The notes below the pieces were generated by a model, which ran no database searches, was not told the DNA's origin, and was given only the letters and a program-made list of their open reading frames with translations. The translations under genes were made by a program, and so were the position numbers. Below, piece after piece: positions 35,502 to 44,763 of a stretch of 64,000 nucleotides of DNA. Source of the DNA: Bacteroidales bacterium (GTDB taxonomy: Bacteria; Bacteroidota; Bacteroidia; Bacteroidales; UBA12077); NCBI GenBank assembly GCA_016342685.1, contig JAEINU010000001.1, positions 1,034,920 to 1,098,919 on the forward strand, read 5' to 3'. Each line of letters opens with the position of its first letter. Position 1 is the first letter of the stretch.

Positions 35502-37931
35502 ATGAAAAAAATCTTTTTATTCAGCTTAATCGTTGGAATATCATTCTTTCATTCCAAGGCACAATTAGATATTACTTATCAAACACCTCCTGATGATATT
35601 ATGCAACTTGCAGATGCAAAGTTACCGCCTAGTTTTTTTATTAGTGATAAAGGTGATTATGCCCTATATGCTCATCGAAATCAGTACAAAAGTATTGCAG
35701 AACTTTCGGAAAAGGAACTCCGATTGGGTGGTTTAAGAATTAATCCTGTTACAAATATTTCCAGTAGAGCTCGTTACTACAATAATTTGAAGGTTTTAAA
35801 TATTAAAACTGGAGTAGAGAAAGAATTAGAAGGTTTAACTGGAGATCTTAAATTAACAAATTTCTCTTGGTCGCCAGATCAATCAATGATGTCGTTTACA
35901 AATACAACAACTAAAGGTGTTGAACTGTGGGTAGTTGACATAAAAAAAGCAATAGCAACAAAACTTACTGAAGATAACTTAAACGCAAATATGGGAACAC
36001 CATATAAGTGGTTTAGAGATGGGAAAGCAATATTAATAAATTCTTTACCGAAAGATCGGGAGGATTTAATAGATTCTGAAAGTGCCATTCCTACAGGACC
36101 AACAGTTTCTGTTAATGATGGGCAAAAGGCCCAAAATAGAACTTATCAGGATTTATTAAAAAATAAAAACGATGAGTTTAATTTTGAGCAATTGAGTAAA
36201 TCTGAAATATATAAAATTGATTTAAAAGGGAATAGCGTTCTTTGGAAAAAAGCTGGTTTATATAGCGACTTAAATTTTTCGCCAGATGGGAATTATATTT
36301 TAGTAACTTCAATCGAACGACCATTTTCATATATCGTTCCTTATTATAGATTTCCTTTTACAACAGTTATTTACGATAAAAGTGGTGTAGAAATTAAAAA
36401 AATACTTGAGGTTCCTTTAATTGAAGAACTTCCAAAAGGATTTATGTCGGAAAGAACGGGAATGCGCAATTTAAGTTGGAGAAGCGACAAGCCGGCGACT
36501 TTATTTTGGGCTGAAGTTCTTGATGAAGGTGATCCTGAAATTGATGTTGAATACCGCGATGAAGTGTTTGAGCTAGAAGCTCCATTTAATGGAGAGAAAC
36601 GAAGTTTACTAAAAACAATCAATCGTTTTTATAAAATAAATTGGGGTGATGATCATATAGCTATAGCGATGGATTATTGGTGGAATACCAGAAATATGAA
36701 AAGTTACAAATTCAATCCATCAAATAATACTGTTAAAACAGAAATTTTATATGATAGAAATTATCAGGATAAATACAATGATCCAGGATCTTTTGTAACT
36801 GTAAGAAATGAGTTTGGGAAAACCATTCTTGAAAAGGATGGCGATTTTCTTTTCTTAATGGGAGAAGGATATTCATCTGAAGGAATACGTCCGTTTGTTG
36901 ATAAATATAATTATAAAACAAAAGAAACCAATAGATTATGGCGTGCTGATGGAAAAGAATTTAAAGAACGTATTTATGATAAAGGTAATTTTAAAAAAGG
37001 AATTATTTTAGATCGGATCGAATCTAAAAACCAATATCCAAATTATTATTTCAGAAACATAAATACAGGTGAATTAAAGCAATTAACAAACTTTAAAAAC
37101 CCTTTCGTAAGTTTACAAAATGTAAAAAAGGAAGTAATAAAGTATAAACGTGATGATGGATTGGAGTTATCAGGAACTCTTTATTTACCAATTAATTATG
37201 AAGAGGGTAAAAAATACCCAATGATTGTTTGGGCTTATCCTGAAGAGTTTAAAGATAAAAGCACAGCTGGGCAAGTAACTTCATCATCGAACGAATTTAT
37301 TTTTCCTTGGTATGGTTCGCCAATATTTTGGTTAACTAGAGGTTATGTGGTTTTAGATGATGCATCTTTTCCAATTGTTGGAGAGGGAGACGAAGAACCC
37401 AACGATTCATTTATTAAACAACTAGTTGCAAATGGCAAAGCAGCTATTGATGCAGTTGATAATTTAGGTTATATCGATCGAAACAAAGTTGCTGTTGGTG
37501 GACACTCTTATGGAGCTTTTATGACTGCAAATTTGTTAACACATTCAAATTTATTCGCAGCAGGAATTGCTCGCAGTGGAGCTTATAATAGAACATTGAC
37601 ACCATTCGGCTTTCAAAGCGAAGAGCGAAACTATTGGGAAGCTCCTGAAATTTATTACAATATGTCGCCATTTATGCATGCCGATAAAATGAAAACACCT
37701 CTATTGTTAATTCATGGTGCAGCCGATAATAATTCAGGAACTTATACTATGCAAAGTGAACGCTATTTTAATGCGTTAAAAGGACTTGGGGCTACAGTTC
37801 GTTTGGTGTTATTACCGAAAGAAAGTCATGGTTATGCTGCTCGGGAATCAATTTTACATTTATTGTGGGAACAAGATCAATGGCTCGAAAAATATGTAAA
37901 AAATAGAGCAATAGAAGTAGATGAAAAATAA
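35502..37931 (+). CDS. S9-family serine peptidase (prolyl oligopeptidase/dipeptidyl-peptidase type) with N-terminal beta-propeller
   Basis: Signal peptide, GGHSYGAFM nucleophile elbow, later HGAADNN and ESHGY (Asp/His). Confidence 0.85.
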   Translation: MKKIFLFSLIVGISFFHSKAQLDITYQTPPDDIMQLADAKLPPSFFISDKGDYALYAHRNQYKSIAELSEKELRLGGLRINPVTNISSRARYYNNLKVLNIKTGVEKELEGLTGDLKLTNFSWSPDQSMMSFTNTTTKGVELWVVDIKKAIATKLTEDNLNANMGTPYKWFRDGKAILINSLPKDREDLIDSESAIPTGPTVSVNDGQKAQNRTYQDLLKNKNDEFNFEQLSKSEIYKIDLKGNSVLWKKAGLYSDLNFSPDGNYILVTSIERPFSYIVPYYRFPFTTVIYDKSGVEIKKILEVPLIEELPKGFMSERTGMRNLSWRSDKPATLFWAEVLDEGDPEIDVEYRDEVFELEAPFNGEKRSLLKTINRFYKINWGDDHIAIAMDYWWNTRNMKSYKFNPSNNTVKTEILYDRNYQDKYNDPGSFVTVRNEFGKTILEKDGDFLFLMGEGYSSEGIRPFVDKYNYKTKETNRLWRADGKEFKERIYDKGNFKKGIILDRIESKNQYPNYYFRNINTGELKQLTNFKNPFVSLQNVKKEVIKYKRDDGLELSGTLYLPINYEEGKKYPMIVWAYPEEFKDKSTAGQVTSSSNEFIFPWYGSPIFWLTRGYVVLDDASFPIVGEGDEEPNDSFIKQLVANGKAAIDAVDNLGYIDRNKVAVGGHSYGAFMTANLLTHSNLFAAGIARSGAYNRTLTPFGFQSEERNYWEAPEIYYNMSPFMHADKMKTPLLLIHGAADNNSGTYTMQSERYFNALKGLGATVRLVLLPKESHGYAARESILHLLWEQDQWLEKYVKNRAIEVDEK

Positions 37932-37941
37932 ATGATATAAC

Positions 37942-37972
37942 AAAAAAGGGTTCCATTTGGAACCCTTTTTAA
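37942..37972. terminator. Bidirectional intrinsic terminator
   Basis: AAAGGGTTCC-attt-GGAACCCTTTTT. Confidence 0.8.
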
Positions 37973-37990
37973 GTTGTATTTTAATATTAG

Positions 37991-38437
37991 TTAAGAACAG
38001 CAGGGTTCAGTAACAATTGCTTTAATCGAACTAACATTTGCAATATTATCAGCTATTGGACATCTTCTCTCAATGTCTTTAAGATAAGCTTCTTTTTCTT
38101 CAAGAGTCATATCTGCATCAATATCAACATACGTTCTTATTTCAGTGAATCCAGCTCTTCCTTCTTCGGTCTGACCTAAAAGAAAGTTTTTATCAATGTC
38201 AGCTTCTAACTTTACACTAATTCCTCTAACGTTTAGTTTTTTCTGATTTGAAATAATTCTTCCTATAGCACAAATGCATGCAGGAAGCGATGAAAGAAAA
38301 ATTTCGAGTGGGTTAGGACCAAGATCTTTTCCTCCACCTTGTTTTGGTTGATCAATTACAAAGTTATGTGAGCATTCAATTTCAGTTTTGAAACCTTCTT
38401 TTATATTTGCTCCAATTTTCATTGTTGATATTGCCAT
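37991..38437 (-). CDS. OsmC/Ohr-family peroxiredoxin-like protein
   Basis: GGGKDLGPNPLEIFLSSLPACICAI and ERRCPIADN motifs. Start moved from 38551 to ATG 38437 (MAISTMKIG...). Confidence 0.75.
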   Translation of the reverse strand: MAISTMKIGANIKEGFKTEIECSHNFVIDQPKQGGGKDLGPNPLEIFLSSLPACICAIGRIISNQKKLNVRGISVKLEADIDKNFLLGQTEEGRAGFTEIRTYVDIDADMTLEEKEAYLKDIERRCPIADNIANVSSIKAIVTEPCCS

Positions 38438-38696
38438 TATAATTAAGTTTTTAAAGTTTAAAAATTTAGGCAAAAATACACATACAAATCTGCATTGATA
38501 ATGCTTGCAGACATAAATACAGCTGTTCTTTAACATTAAAAAAATGTACATTTATTTAATTTCAACTTGACTTTTAAAAAGCACTAAACCATAAATTATT
38601 ATTATATTGTGACTTACAAAACGAAAGGTTTATTCGTTAAACTTTTTGATGAATATTTTGTCAAAGCATATTATTATCTTACTCAAAAATATTTTT

Positions 38697-39917
38697 ATGA
38701 AATCTATTTCTTATTACTTAGGACTTACTAGTCTTTTATTTATAGTATTGTCATGTACGAATGAAACTATTGAACAGAAAGCACAAAAAATCCACAATGA
38801 GATTATTTCAATTGATACACATACCGATACCCCATTAAACTTTTTAGATCAAGATTTTGATATTGGAAAATGGAACAACTTTGATGAAACAAGAACGAGA
38901 GTAGATTTTCCAAGAATGAAAGAAGGTCGTTTGGATGCCACTTTTATGGCTGTGTTTATAGGTCAAGGACCTAGAACTAATGATGGAAATATAAAGGCAA
39001 AAGAGAGAGCTTTAGAAATTTTTAGGGCATTGCACGAAAAGGTTAAGCTATATCCTGAACAATCAGAAATAGCTTTAAAAGCTGATGATGTTTATCGTAT
39101 TAAAAAATCTGGAAAAAGTACAGTTTATATTGGAGTTGAAAATGGTTACCCTATTGGCAATGATTTAAATATGGTGAAAGAATTTTATGATTTAGGAGCA
39201 CGTTATATAACACTTTGCCATACACGTAATAATGATATTTGCGATTCTTCAACGGACAAAAAAGGACCCGAATTCGGTGGCTTGAGTTCGTTTGGAGAAG
39301 ATTTAGTAAAGGAAATGAATAAATTAGGTATGCTAATTGATGTATCACATATTTCTGACTTAGCGTATTACGATGTACTTAAACTTTCCAAAACTCCAAT
39401 AATTGCATCACACTCAAGCGTTAGATCAATTTGCGATAATCCTCGTAATTTTTCGGATGAAATGCTTTATGCATTAAAAGATAATGGAGGAGTAATTCAA
39501 ATTTGTATTTTAAGTGATTATATAAAAACACCTTTACCATATCCAGAAAGAGATTCTGTTTTTCAAATCTTAAGAGAAAAATACAATCACTTTGAAGGAT
39601 TATCTGAAGAAGAATATCATGAAGCAGTAATGGAATGGAGAGCCACAGATGAGTTATATCCGAAGGAACTGGCAACCGTTGCAGATGCTGTTGACCATAT
39701 CGATTATGTAGTGAAAACCATTGGAATAGATTATGTTGGAATCGGAACTGATTTTGACGGCGGTGGTGGTGTAGAAGGTTGTATGGATGTTAGTCAAATG
39801 AAAAATATAACTATTGAACTTCTTCGTCGCGGATATAAGAAGGAAGAAATTCGGAAAATTTGGGGTGGAAACTTTTTACGTGTATTTAGAGAAGTTGAAA
39901 ATTACACAGACATTTAA
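38697..39917 (+). CDS. Membrane dipeptidase, peptidase family M19, lipoprotein
   Basis: Lipobox VLSC. Motifs IDTHTDTP, ITLCHTRNN, IDVSHISD, ASHSS...NPRNFSDE, GIGTDFDGGGG. Start moved to ATG 38697. Confidence 0.85.
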   Translation: MKSISYYLGLTSLLFIVLSCTNETIEQKAQKIHNEIISIDTHTDTPLNFLDQDFDIGKWNNFDETRTRVDFPRMKEGRLDATFMAVFIGQGPRTNDGNIKAKERALEIFRALHEKVKLYPEQSEIALKADDVYRIKKSGKSTVYIGVENGYPIGNDLNMVKEFYDLGARYITLCHTRNNDICDSSTDKKGPEFGGLSSFGEDLVKEMNKLGMLIDVSHISDLAYYDVLKLSKTPIIASHSSVRSICDNPRNFSDEMLYALKDNGGVIQICILSDYIKTPLPYPERDSVFQILREKYNHFEGLSEEEYHEAVMEWRATDELYPKELATVADAVDHIDYVVKTIGIDYVGIGTDFDGGGGVEGCMDVSQMKNITIELLRRGYKKEEIRKIWGGNFLRVFREVENYTDI

Positions 39918-40100
39918 CTCGTATTCTTTTTGGTTATATAATAGTTGTGTATATCACTTGCGAAGAAATGCAATATACTTTGGATTAGATTTAGTTCGTA
40001 ACTAACGTTATAATCAAAAATCTTATAAAAAGTAAACTAATGTTAGTTTTATACTGGGGTTACGCCTAATCTGATATTTTTGAAGAATAACTTAATTAGC

Positions 40101-40108
40101 TACCTTTG
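40101..40108 (+). promoter_or_regulatory. -7 box TACCTTTG upstream of the K+ channel gene
   Basis: TAnnTTTG match 20 nt before ATG 40129. Confidence 0.4.
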
Positions 40109-40128
40109 TGTAAAAGCTGAAAAAATTA

Positions 40129-40932
40129 ATGAATACATTTAGACAAAAGCTGTATAAAGTAATTTTTGGAACAGATACAAGATCCGGAAGATTATTTGAC
40201 ATTATATTATTATGGGCCATATTACTAAGTATTGGAATCGTAATATTTGAAAGTTTAAAGAGTTTACATACAGAATATACCAATTTCTTCGTTTATTCTG
40301 AGTGGTTATTCACCATATTGTTTACAATAGAATATTTAACACGTATTTGGGTTTCGCCAAAACCCTTTAAATATGTTTTCAGTATTCTAGGTATTGTCGA
40401 TTTGCTTTCGATTATTCCAACATACCTTAGCCTTGCCTTTACAGGAACACATTTCTTAATTGTAATACGAGCTATTAGACTTTTGAGAGTATTTAGAATT
40501 TTTAAATTGAATTATTTTATGGGACAAGGAGAATTAATACTCATGGCTCTAAAAATAAGCTTTCGTAAAATAGGTGTTTTCTTATTTGCTATTTTAAATA
40601 TAGTCGTTATTATTGGTGCTATTATGTATGTTGTGGAAGGCGAAGCTAGCGGATTCGACAGTATACCCCGAAGTATTTATTGGGCAGTTGTTACTATAAC
40701 AACGGTCGGGTATGGCGATATTTCTCCACAAACAGCATTAGGTCAGTTTATTTCTTCAATAATAATGATAGTTGGGTATGCAATTATTGCTGTACCTACG
40801 GGAATTGTATCAGCAGAAATAACAAAACAAAATTTACGATCTGATAAACCAAAATGCTCGAACTGTGGAAATTTTATAAAAGATTCTAAGGATAAATATT
40901 GCACAAATTGCGGAAGTAAAGTTTCACTTTAG
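40129..40932 (+). CDS. Voltage-gated-type (6TM) potassium channel with C-terminal zinc-ribbon
   Basis: S4 IRAIRLLRVFRIFKL, selectivity filter TTVGYGD, C-terminal CSNCGNFIKDSKDKYCTNCG. Confidence 0.9.
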   Translation: MNTFRQKLYKVIFGTDTRSGRLFDIILLWAILLSIGIVIFESLKSLHTEYTNFFVYSEWLFTILFTIEYLTRIWVSPKPFKYVFSILGIVDLLSIIPTYLSLAFTGTHFLIVIRAIRLLRVFRIFKLNYFMGQGELILMALKISFRKIGVFLFAILNIVVIIGAIMYVVEGEASGFDSIPRSIYWAVVTITTVGYGDISPQTALGQFISSIIMIVGYAIIAVPTGIVSAEITKQNLRSDKPKCSNCGNFIKDSKDKYCTNCGSKVSL

Positions 40933-41111
40933 GTTTATTTGGAATCATATTATAATAACTGTTTACCTACAAAAAGAATACATTTATAAATAAATTAAAT
41001 ACAGTTAGGATTTTATTCAACATTTTTATTATCTTCGAGTATTCGAATAACTCAATATTAAGTTCGAATTATAGAATTAGAATTAACCACTTAAAACCAA
41101 AACAAATTATT

Positions 41112-41351
41112 ATGAAAAAAGTATTATTTTTAGGAATGGCAGCAATTTTTTCTTTAGCAGTAGTTGTAACTTCTTGTAGCAAAGATGATGATAAAACTTG
41201 TATCAAATGTACTGAAGATGGTGAAGAATTAGAGTATTGCTATGAAGAAGGAAATGCATTTGATGCTCTTGCTAAATGGGGCGAATTCTATGAAGAACAT
41301 CCATATGCAGTTTGTGATGACGCAGACGTAGATTTAGACTTCGGATTATAG
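41112..41351 (+). CDS. Small acidic Cys-rich lipoprotein
   Basis: Lipobox VVTSC. The roughly 57-aa mature part has four further Cys (CIKC...C...C) and many D/E residues. Confidence 0.6.
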   Translation: MKKVLFLGMAAIFSLAVVVTSCSKDDDKTCIKCTEDGEELEYCYEEGNAFDALAKWGEFYEEHPYAVCDDADVDLDFGL

Positions 41352-41368
41352 TTAAAATTTATATTTTT

Positions 41369-41407
41369 AAAAGGTGTCAAATAAAATATTTGACACCTTT
41401 TTTTTAT
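41369..41407 (+). terminator. Strong hairpin/terminator between the mini-lipoprotein and the MauE-Trx gene
   Basis: AAAAGGTGTCAAATA-aaa-TATTTGACACCTTTTTTTT, ending 11 nt before ATG 41418. Confidence 0.75.
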
Positions 41408-41417
41408 TTTTGAATTT

Positions 41418-42359
41418 ATGAAAAGAAAAGCAGTAGAAATTACAATACTATTATTCGGATTGTTTTATTTATTTTCAGGAATTATTAAAATTATTGATAT
41501 TGATAATTTTATATATATAATCCGATCATATAAAATAAAACAATTAATTTATTTAGCACCTGCAATTCCTGTAATTGAGATAATCATAGGCTTAATGTTG
41601 GTATTAAAAATCAGAACAAAACTGATGATGTTATTTTCTGTTTTGTTGCTTCTTTTCTTTACAGTTGTTTTTTCATTTGGGCATTTTTTATTGAATATTG
41701 ATGATTGTGGTTGTTTCGGAGGGATAGATTTTTTAAGGATGTCTACTCCGATATTCTATTTAAGAAATGGTTTGTTAATTGCAGCATCATTTTATTTATA
41801 CAATAATTTAAAGGTAAAAAGGGGTGGTGTTAATTTTTTTAAATTTGCTTCAATTCTTTTAATAGCAGTAGCTGCATCCTTAATTGTAGGCATTAGATCT
41901 AATATAAGTCTTTATTTAAACAATATACCTTACACAAAATCCACAATTGATGAGTATCACAATTCTCAGTTTCTTAATAAAAATGTAAACGAAACAATCT
42001 TATCAAATTATATATCTACCTCACCAGATTCAACATATTTGGTTTTTATATTCTCATATAAGTGTCCGCACTGTATAATATCATCATATAATTTAAACAA
42101 TTACCTTGATAAACCTACTATTGATAGAGTTGTTGGAATAACAAAAGGAACACGCAAAGAAAAACGTTTATTCAATAAAATAACAAATCCAAAATTCGAT
42201 TATAGAGAAATCAGATTTGTTGAAATGAATAGAATAACCAGTTTTTACCCTTTATCTTTTTATATTGAGAATGATACGATACGTTTTAAGGTTAAAGGAA
42301 CACTTCCAAAATACAAAGATTTTGAAGAGAAATATTTTAATAATAATAATAAAGAATAG
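41418..42359 (+). CDS. MauE/DoxX-like membrane domain fused to a thioredoxin-like domain
   Basis: N-terminal TM helices with FSGIIKIIDIDNF and DDCGCFGG (MauE-type). The C-terminal half has YKCPHC (CxxC). Confidence 0.6.
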   Translation: MKRKAVEITILLFGLFYLFSGIIKIIDIDNFIYIIRSYKIKQLIYLAPAIPVIEIIIGLMLVLKIRTKLMMLFSVLLLLFFTVVFSFGHFLLNIDDCGCFGGIDFLRMSTPIFYLRNGLLIAASFYLYNNLKVKRGGVNFFKFASILLIAVAASLIVGIRSNISLYLNNIPYTKSTIDEYHNSQFLNKNVNETILSNYISTSPDSTYLVFIFSYKCPHCIISSYNLNNYLDKPTIDRVVGITKGTRKEKRLFNKITNPKFDYREIRFVEMNRITSFYPLSFYIENDTIRFKVKGTLPKYKDFEEKYFNNNNKE

Positions 42360-42426
42360 CACATTTTTTTATCACTAGCGAAGGCAGTTGATATTTTATT
42401 AAATTAGAATTATTAACAAGCAACTT

Positions 42427-43452
42427 TTATTTGATTAATGGTAATAATTCATTTTTTATTAATTCTACATTTTTCTCAACAGAATCCTCAATACCAAATG
42501 GAACTGAAAACATAATTGAATTAACATTAACCGATTCAAGTGTTTTGTTAATTCTCTTGGCTGCTTTTTTTGGTGTTCCCCAAATGGTTAGAGTATCAAT
42601 CATTTCATTTGTTACATACTTAGATGCTTCTTTAATTTTTCCGGCCTTTGATAATTTAGATATTGTTTCAATATCCGATTTATTGTATTTTACATTACAT
42701 CTATCTAGAATATTGGTTAAATAAGGAAGGTAAACAATCAATGTTTCTACTACTTTTTTTCTACATTTTATTTCATCATTTGAGATACAACATATTCCTC
42801 CAATTGAGAATTTAGGATTTTTAACAAGATTTGATTCACAATTTCCAATCAAAAAACTATTTTGCAAACGATTTAAATAATCAATATCCCAAACGTCTGC
42901 TATTTGTATTTCATCGCAATATTTCCCTGTAATATATGCCATATCTTCGTTCCAAGTTCCTCCAATCAATGGTATATTAGCCGATTCAATTCTTAGAAAT
43001 GCATTTTCGTTGGAGTTGAAATGCTTTCCTTCAAACTTTTCCTTTTTCTTAGCTAAAAAGTGACTAATAAGTTTTACATTTTCTTCAAAAGCTTGTCTGG
43101 TAGTTTCTTCTGAGCTATCCATTCCCAAAAAATCAAAGAAAGCCCCACGACCTAAACCTAATACGGTACGATTTTTTGCAATTTCATTAATAGCTAAAAT
43201 ACTAGATGTAATAATAGCAGGATGACGATAAAATCCATTCAATAAACACGGACCAATTTCAATGGTTTTTGTGTGTTCTGCCATTAAAGTTAAAATAGGA
43301 ATCGATGGATAATAAAATAAATCATCGTAAACGTAAATGCGATTAAATCCTAGTTTTTCAATGTGTTGAGATAATTTTATGTAGTTATTTGGATTGTGAT
43401 TTCCTTGTAATGCGATGTAAAATTTAAGTTTTTTCTGAGAATTAGCGGTCAT
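42427..43452 (-). CDS. Luciferase-like monooxygenase (LLM) class flavin/deazaflavin-dependent oxidoreductase
   Basis: TIM-barrel LLM pattern (GFNRIYVYDDL, IEIGPCLLN, RTVLGLGRGAF). Confidence 0.65.
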   Translation of the reverse strand: MTANSQKKLKFYIALQGNHNPNNYIKLSQHIEKLGFNRIYVYDDLFYYPSIPILTLMAEHTKTIEIGPCLLNGFYRHPAIITSSILAINEIAKNRTVLGLGRGAFFDFLGMDSSEETTRQAFEENVKLISHFLAKKKEKFEGKHFNSNENAFLRIESANIPLIGGTWNEDMAYITGKYCDEIQIADVWDIDYLNRLQNSFLIGNCESNLVKNPKFSIGGICCISNDEIKCRKKVVETLIVYLPYLTNILDRCNVKYNKSDIETISKLSKAGKIKEASKYVTNEMIDTLTIWGTPKKAAKRINKTLESVNVNSIMFSVPFGIEDSVEKNVELIKNELLPLIK

Positions 43453-43480
43453 TTTAATTATTATATTAAATAGAAAATAG

Positions 43481-43512
43481 AAAGTATGGAATTGTTAAAG
43501 ATTCCATACTTT
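43481..43512 (-). terminator. Perfect 12-bp hairpin between KamA-like and LLM genes (terminator/attenuator)
   Basis: AAAGTATGGAAT-tgttaaag-ATTCCATACTTT. Confidence 0.5.
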
Positions 43513-43545
43513 CTAAATATATAAAGTTAAATTCAATTAATTGCA

Positions 43546-44694
43546 TTAATCATCGTTGCCATCAATATAAAGGCCTTGAATAAATCCATCTGATGTAATT
43601 TCATGCATCGGTGGTAAATCCTTTTTTGCAATTTCTTTAAATTCGTCTGCCTTATAAAGTGTTTTAACCTTTATGTAACGGGTGTTTTCATCAATAATAT
43701 AGTTAAAAGTAGTATCGGGTCCTACGTGGACTTTTCCACCGCTTGGAGCATATACGTAATGTGGGATTGCCGTTGATGATTCGGTACATAAATACTGATA
43801 GATATCCAATCCTTTTTGTACCGAAGTTCGCAAATGATCGCTACCTTCAACTGGCATGCAATGATTCATATAATAAGGTATAATATTATTCCTTATAAGC
43901 ATTTTGAATAAATGAGTCATTGTTTCAATATTATCATTTATTCCTTTAAGTAATACTGTTTGATTTCTTAAAGTAATACCGCTTGATGTAAGATTATTGC
44001 ATGCTTTTAATACTTCTGGAGCTAATTCATCCGGATGATTAAAGTGTACATTTATAGCAAGATATTTACTTTTTTCAGGATTTTCAGTACTTATTTGGTT
44101 ATACGAAGCTAATTTGAAGCACATTTCATCTGTGAAAATCTCTGGCATTGTAAGCAATGTTCTGCTACCAATTCTAATTTCAGAAATATTATCTAAAGCA
44201 CTTATTTTATCAAGTAAATAGAATAATTTGTCAACATCAAGAAAAGGTTCTCCTCCTGTAATCAGAGCACCTCTAACTTGATCCATTTGACTAACTTCAA
44301 TTGCAACCTTATCAATCTCCTCATAAGTCATTCCTGGTTTATTTCTCATAACCCTGCTCTTTTTATAGCAGAATCGACAATATGCAGGGCAATCAAAATT
44401 AGGAGTAATTAAAACTCGATCTCTGTACAAACGTTCTAGACCATATGTTTTTGAAGCTTTTTTTCCTTCTTCAAATGGAGTGGGTGTTCCATTTGTTATT
44501 ATTTCTTGCATAGAAGGTAAAAACTGTTTGCGGATTGCTTCTGATTTTTCAAATAATCTTAGTAAAAATGGAGTATATTTAACGGGATATTTTTTTATTA
44601 CTTCATTAATTATTTCTACATCTTTTTCACTGTTTGCGTAATGGTGTATGACTTTTTTAGAAAGTTCCTTGGGTGTAATAGTATCTTTATTCAT
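43546..44694 (-). CDS. KamA-family radical SAM aminomutase (lysine/glutamate 2,3-aminomutase-like)
   Basis: CPAYCRFC (CxxxCxxC) and an APSGGKVHV segment matching the PLP-lysine region of 2,3-aminomutases. Confidence 0.8.
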   Translation of the reverse strand: MNKDTITPKELSKKVIHHYANSEKDVEIINEVIKKYPVKYTPFLLRLFEKSEAIRKQFLPSMQEIITNGTPTPFEEGKKASKTYGLERLYRDRVLITPNFDCPAYCRFCYKKSRVMRNKPGMTYEEIDKVAIEVSQMDQVRGALITGGEPFLDVDKLFYLLDKISALDNISEIRIGSRTLLTMPEIFTDEMCFKLASYNQISTENPEKSKYLAINVHFNHPDELAPEVLKACNNLTSSGITLRNQTVLLKGINDNIETMTHLFKMLIRNNIIPYYMNHCMPVEGSDHLRTSVQKGLDIYQYLCTESSTAIPHYVYAPSGGKVHVGPDTTFNYIIDENTRYIKVKTLYKADEFKEIAKKDLPPMHEITSDGFIQGLYIDGNDD

Positions 44695-44763
44695 ATGTAA
44701 GAAAGGTTGAATTTAATATCAGGTTACAAAACAATAAGGTTTTTAATATGAAAACCTTTTTTT

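Noticed and set aside
38438-38551. N-terminal extension of the OsmC-family ORF
   Set aside because: The 38 extra residues are Cys/Phe-rich nonsense-like sequence. ATG 38437 gives the normal OsmC length of about 148 aa.
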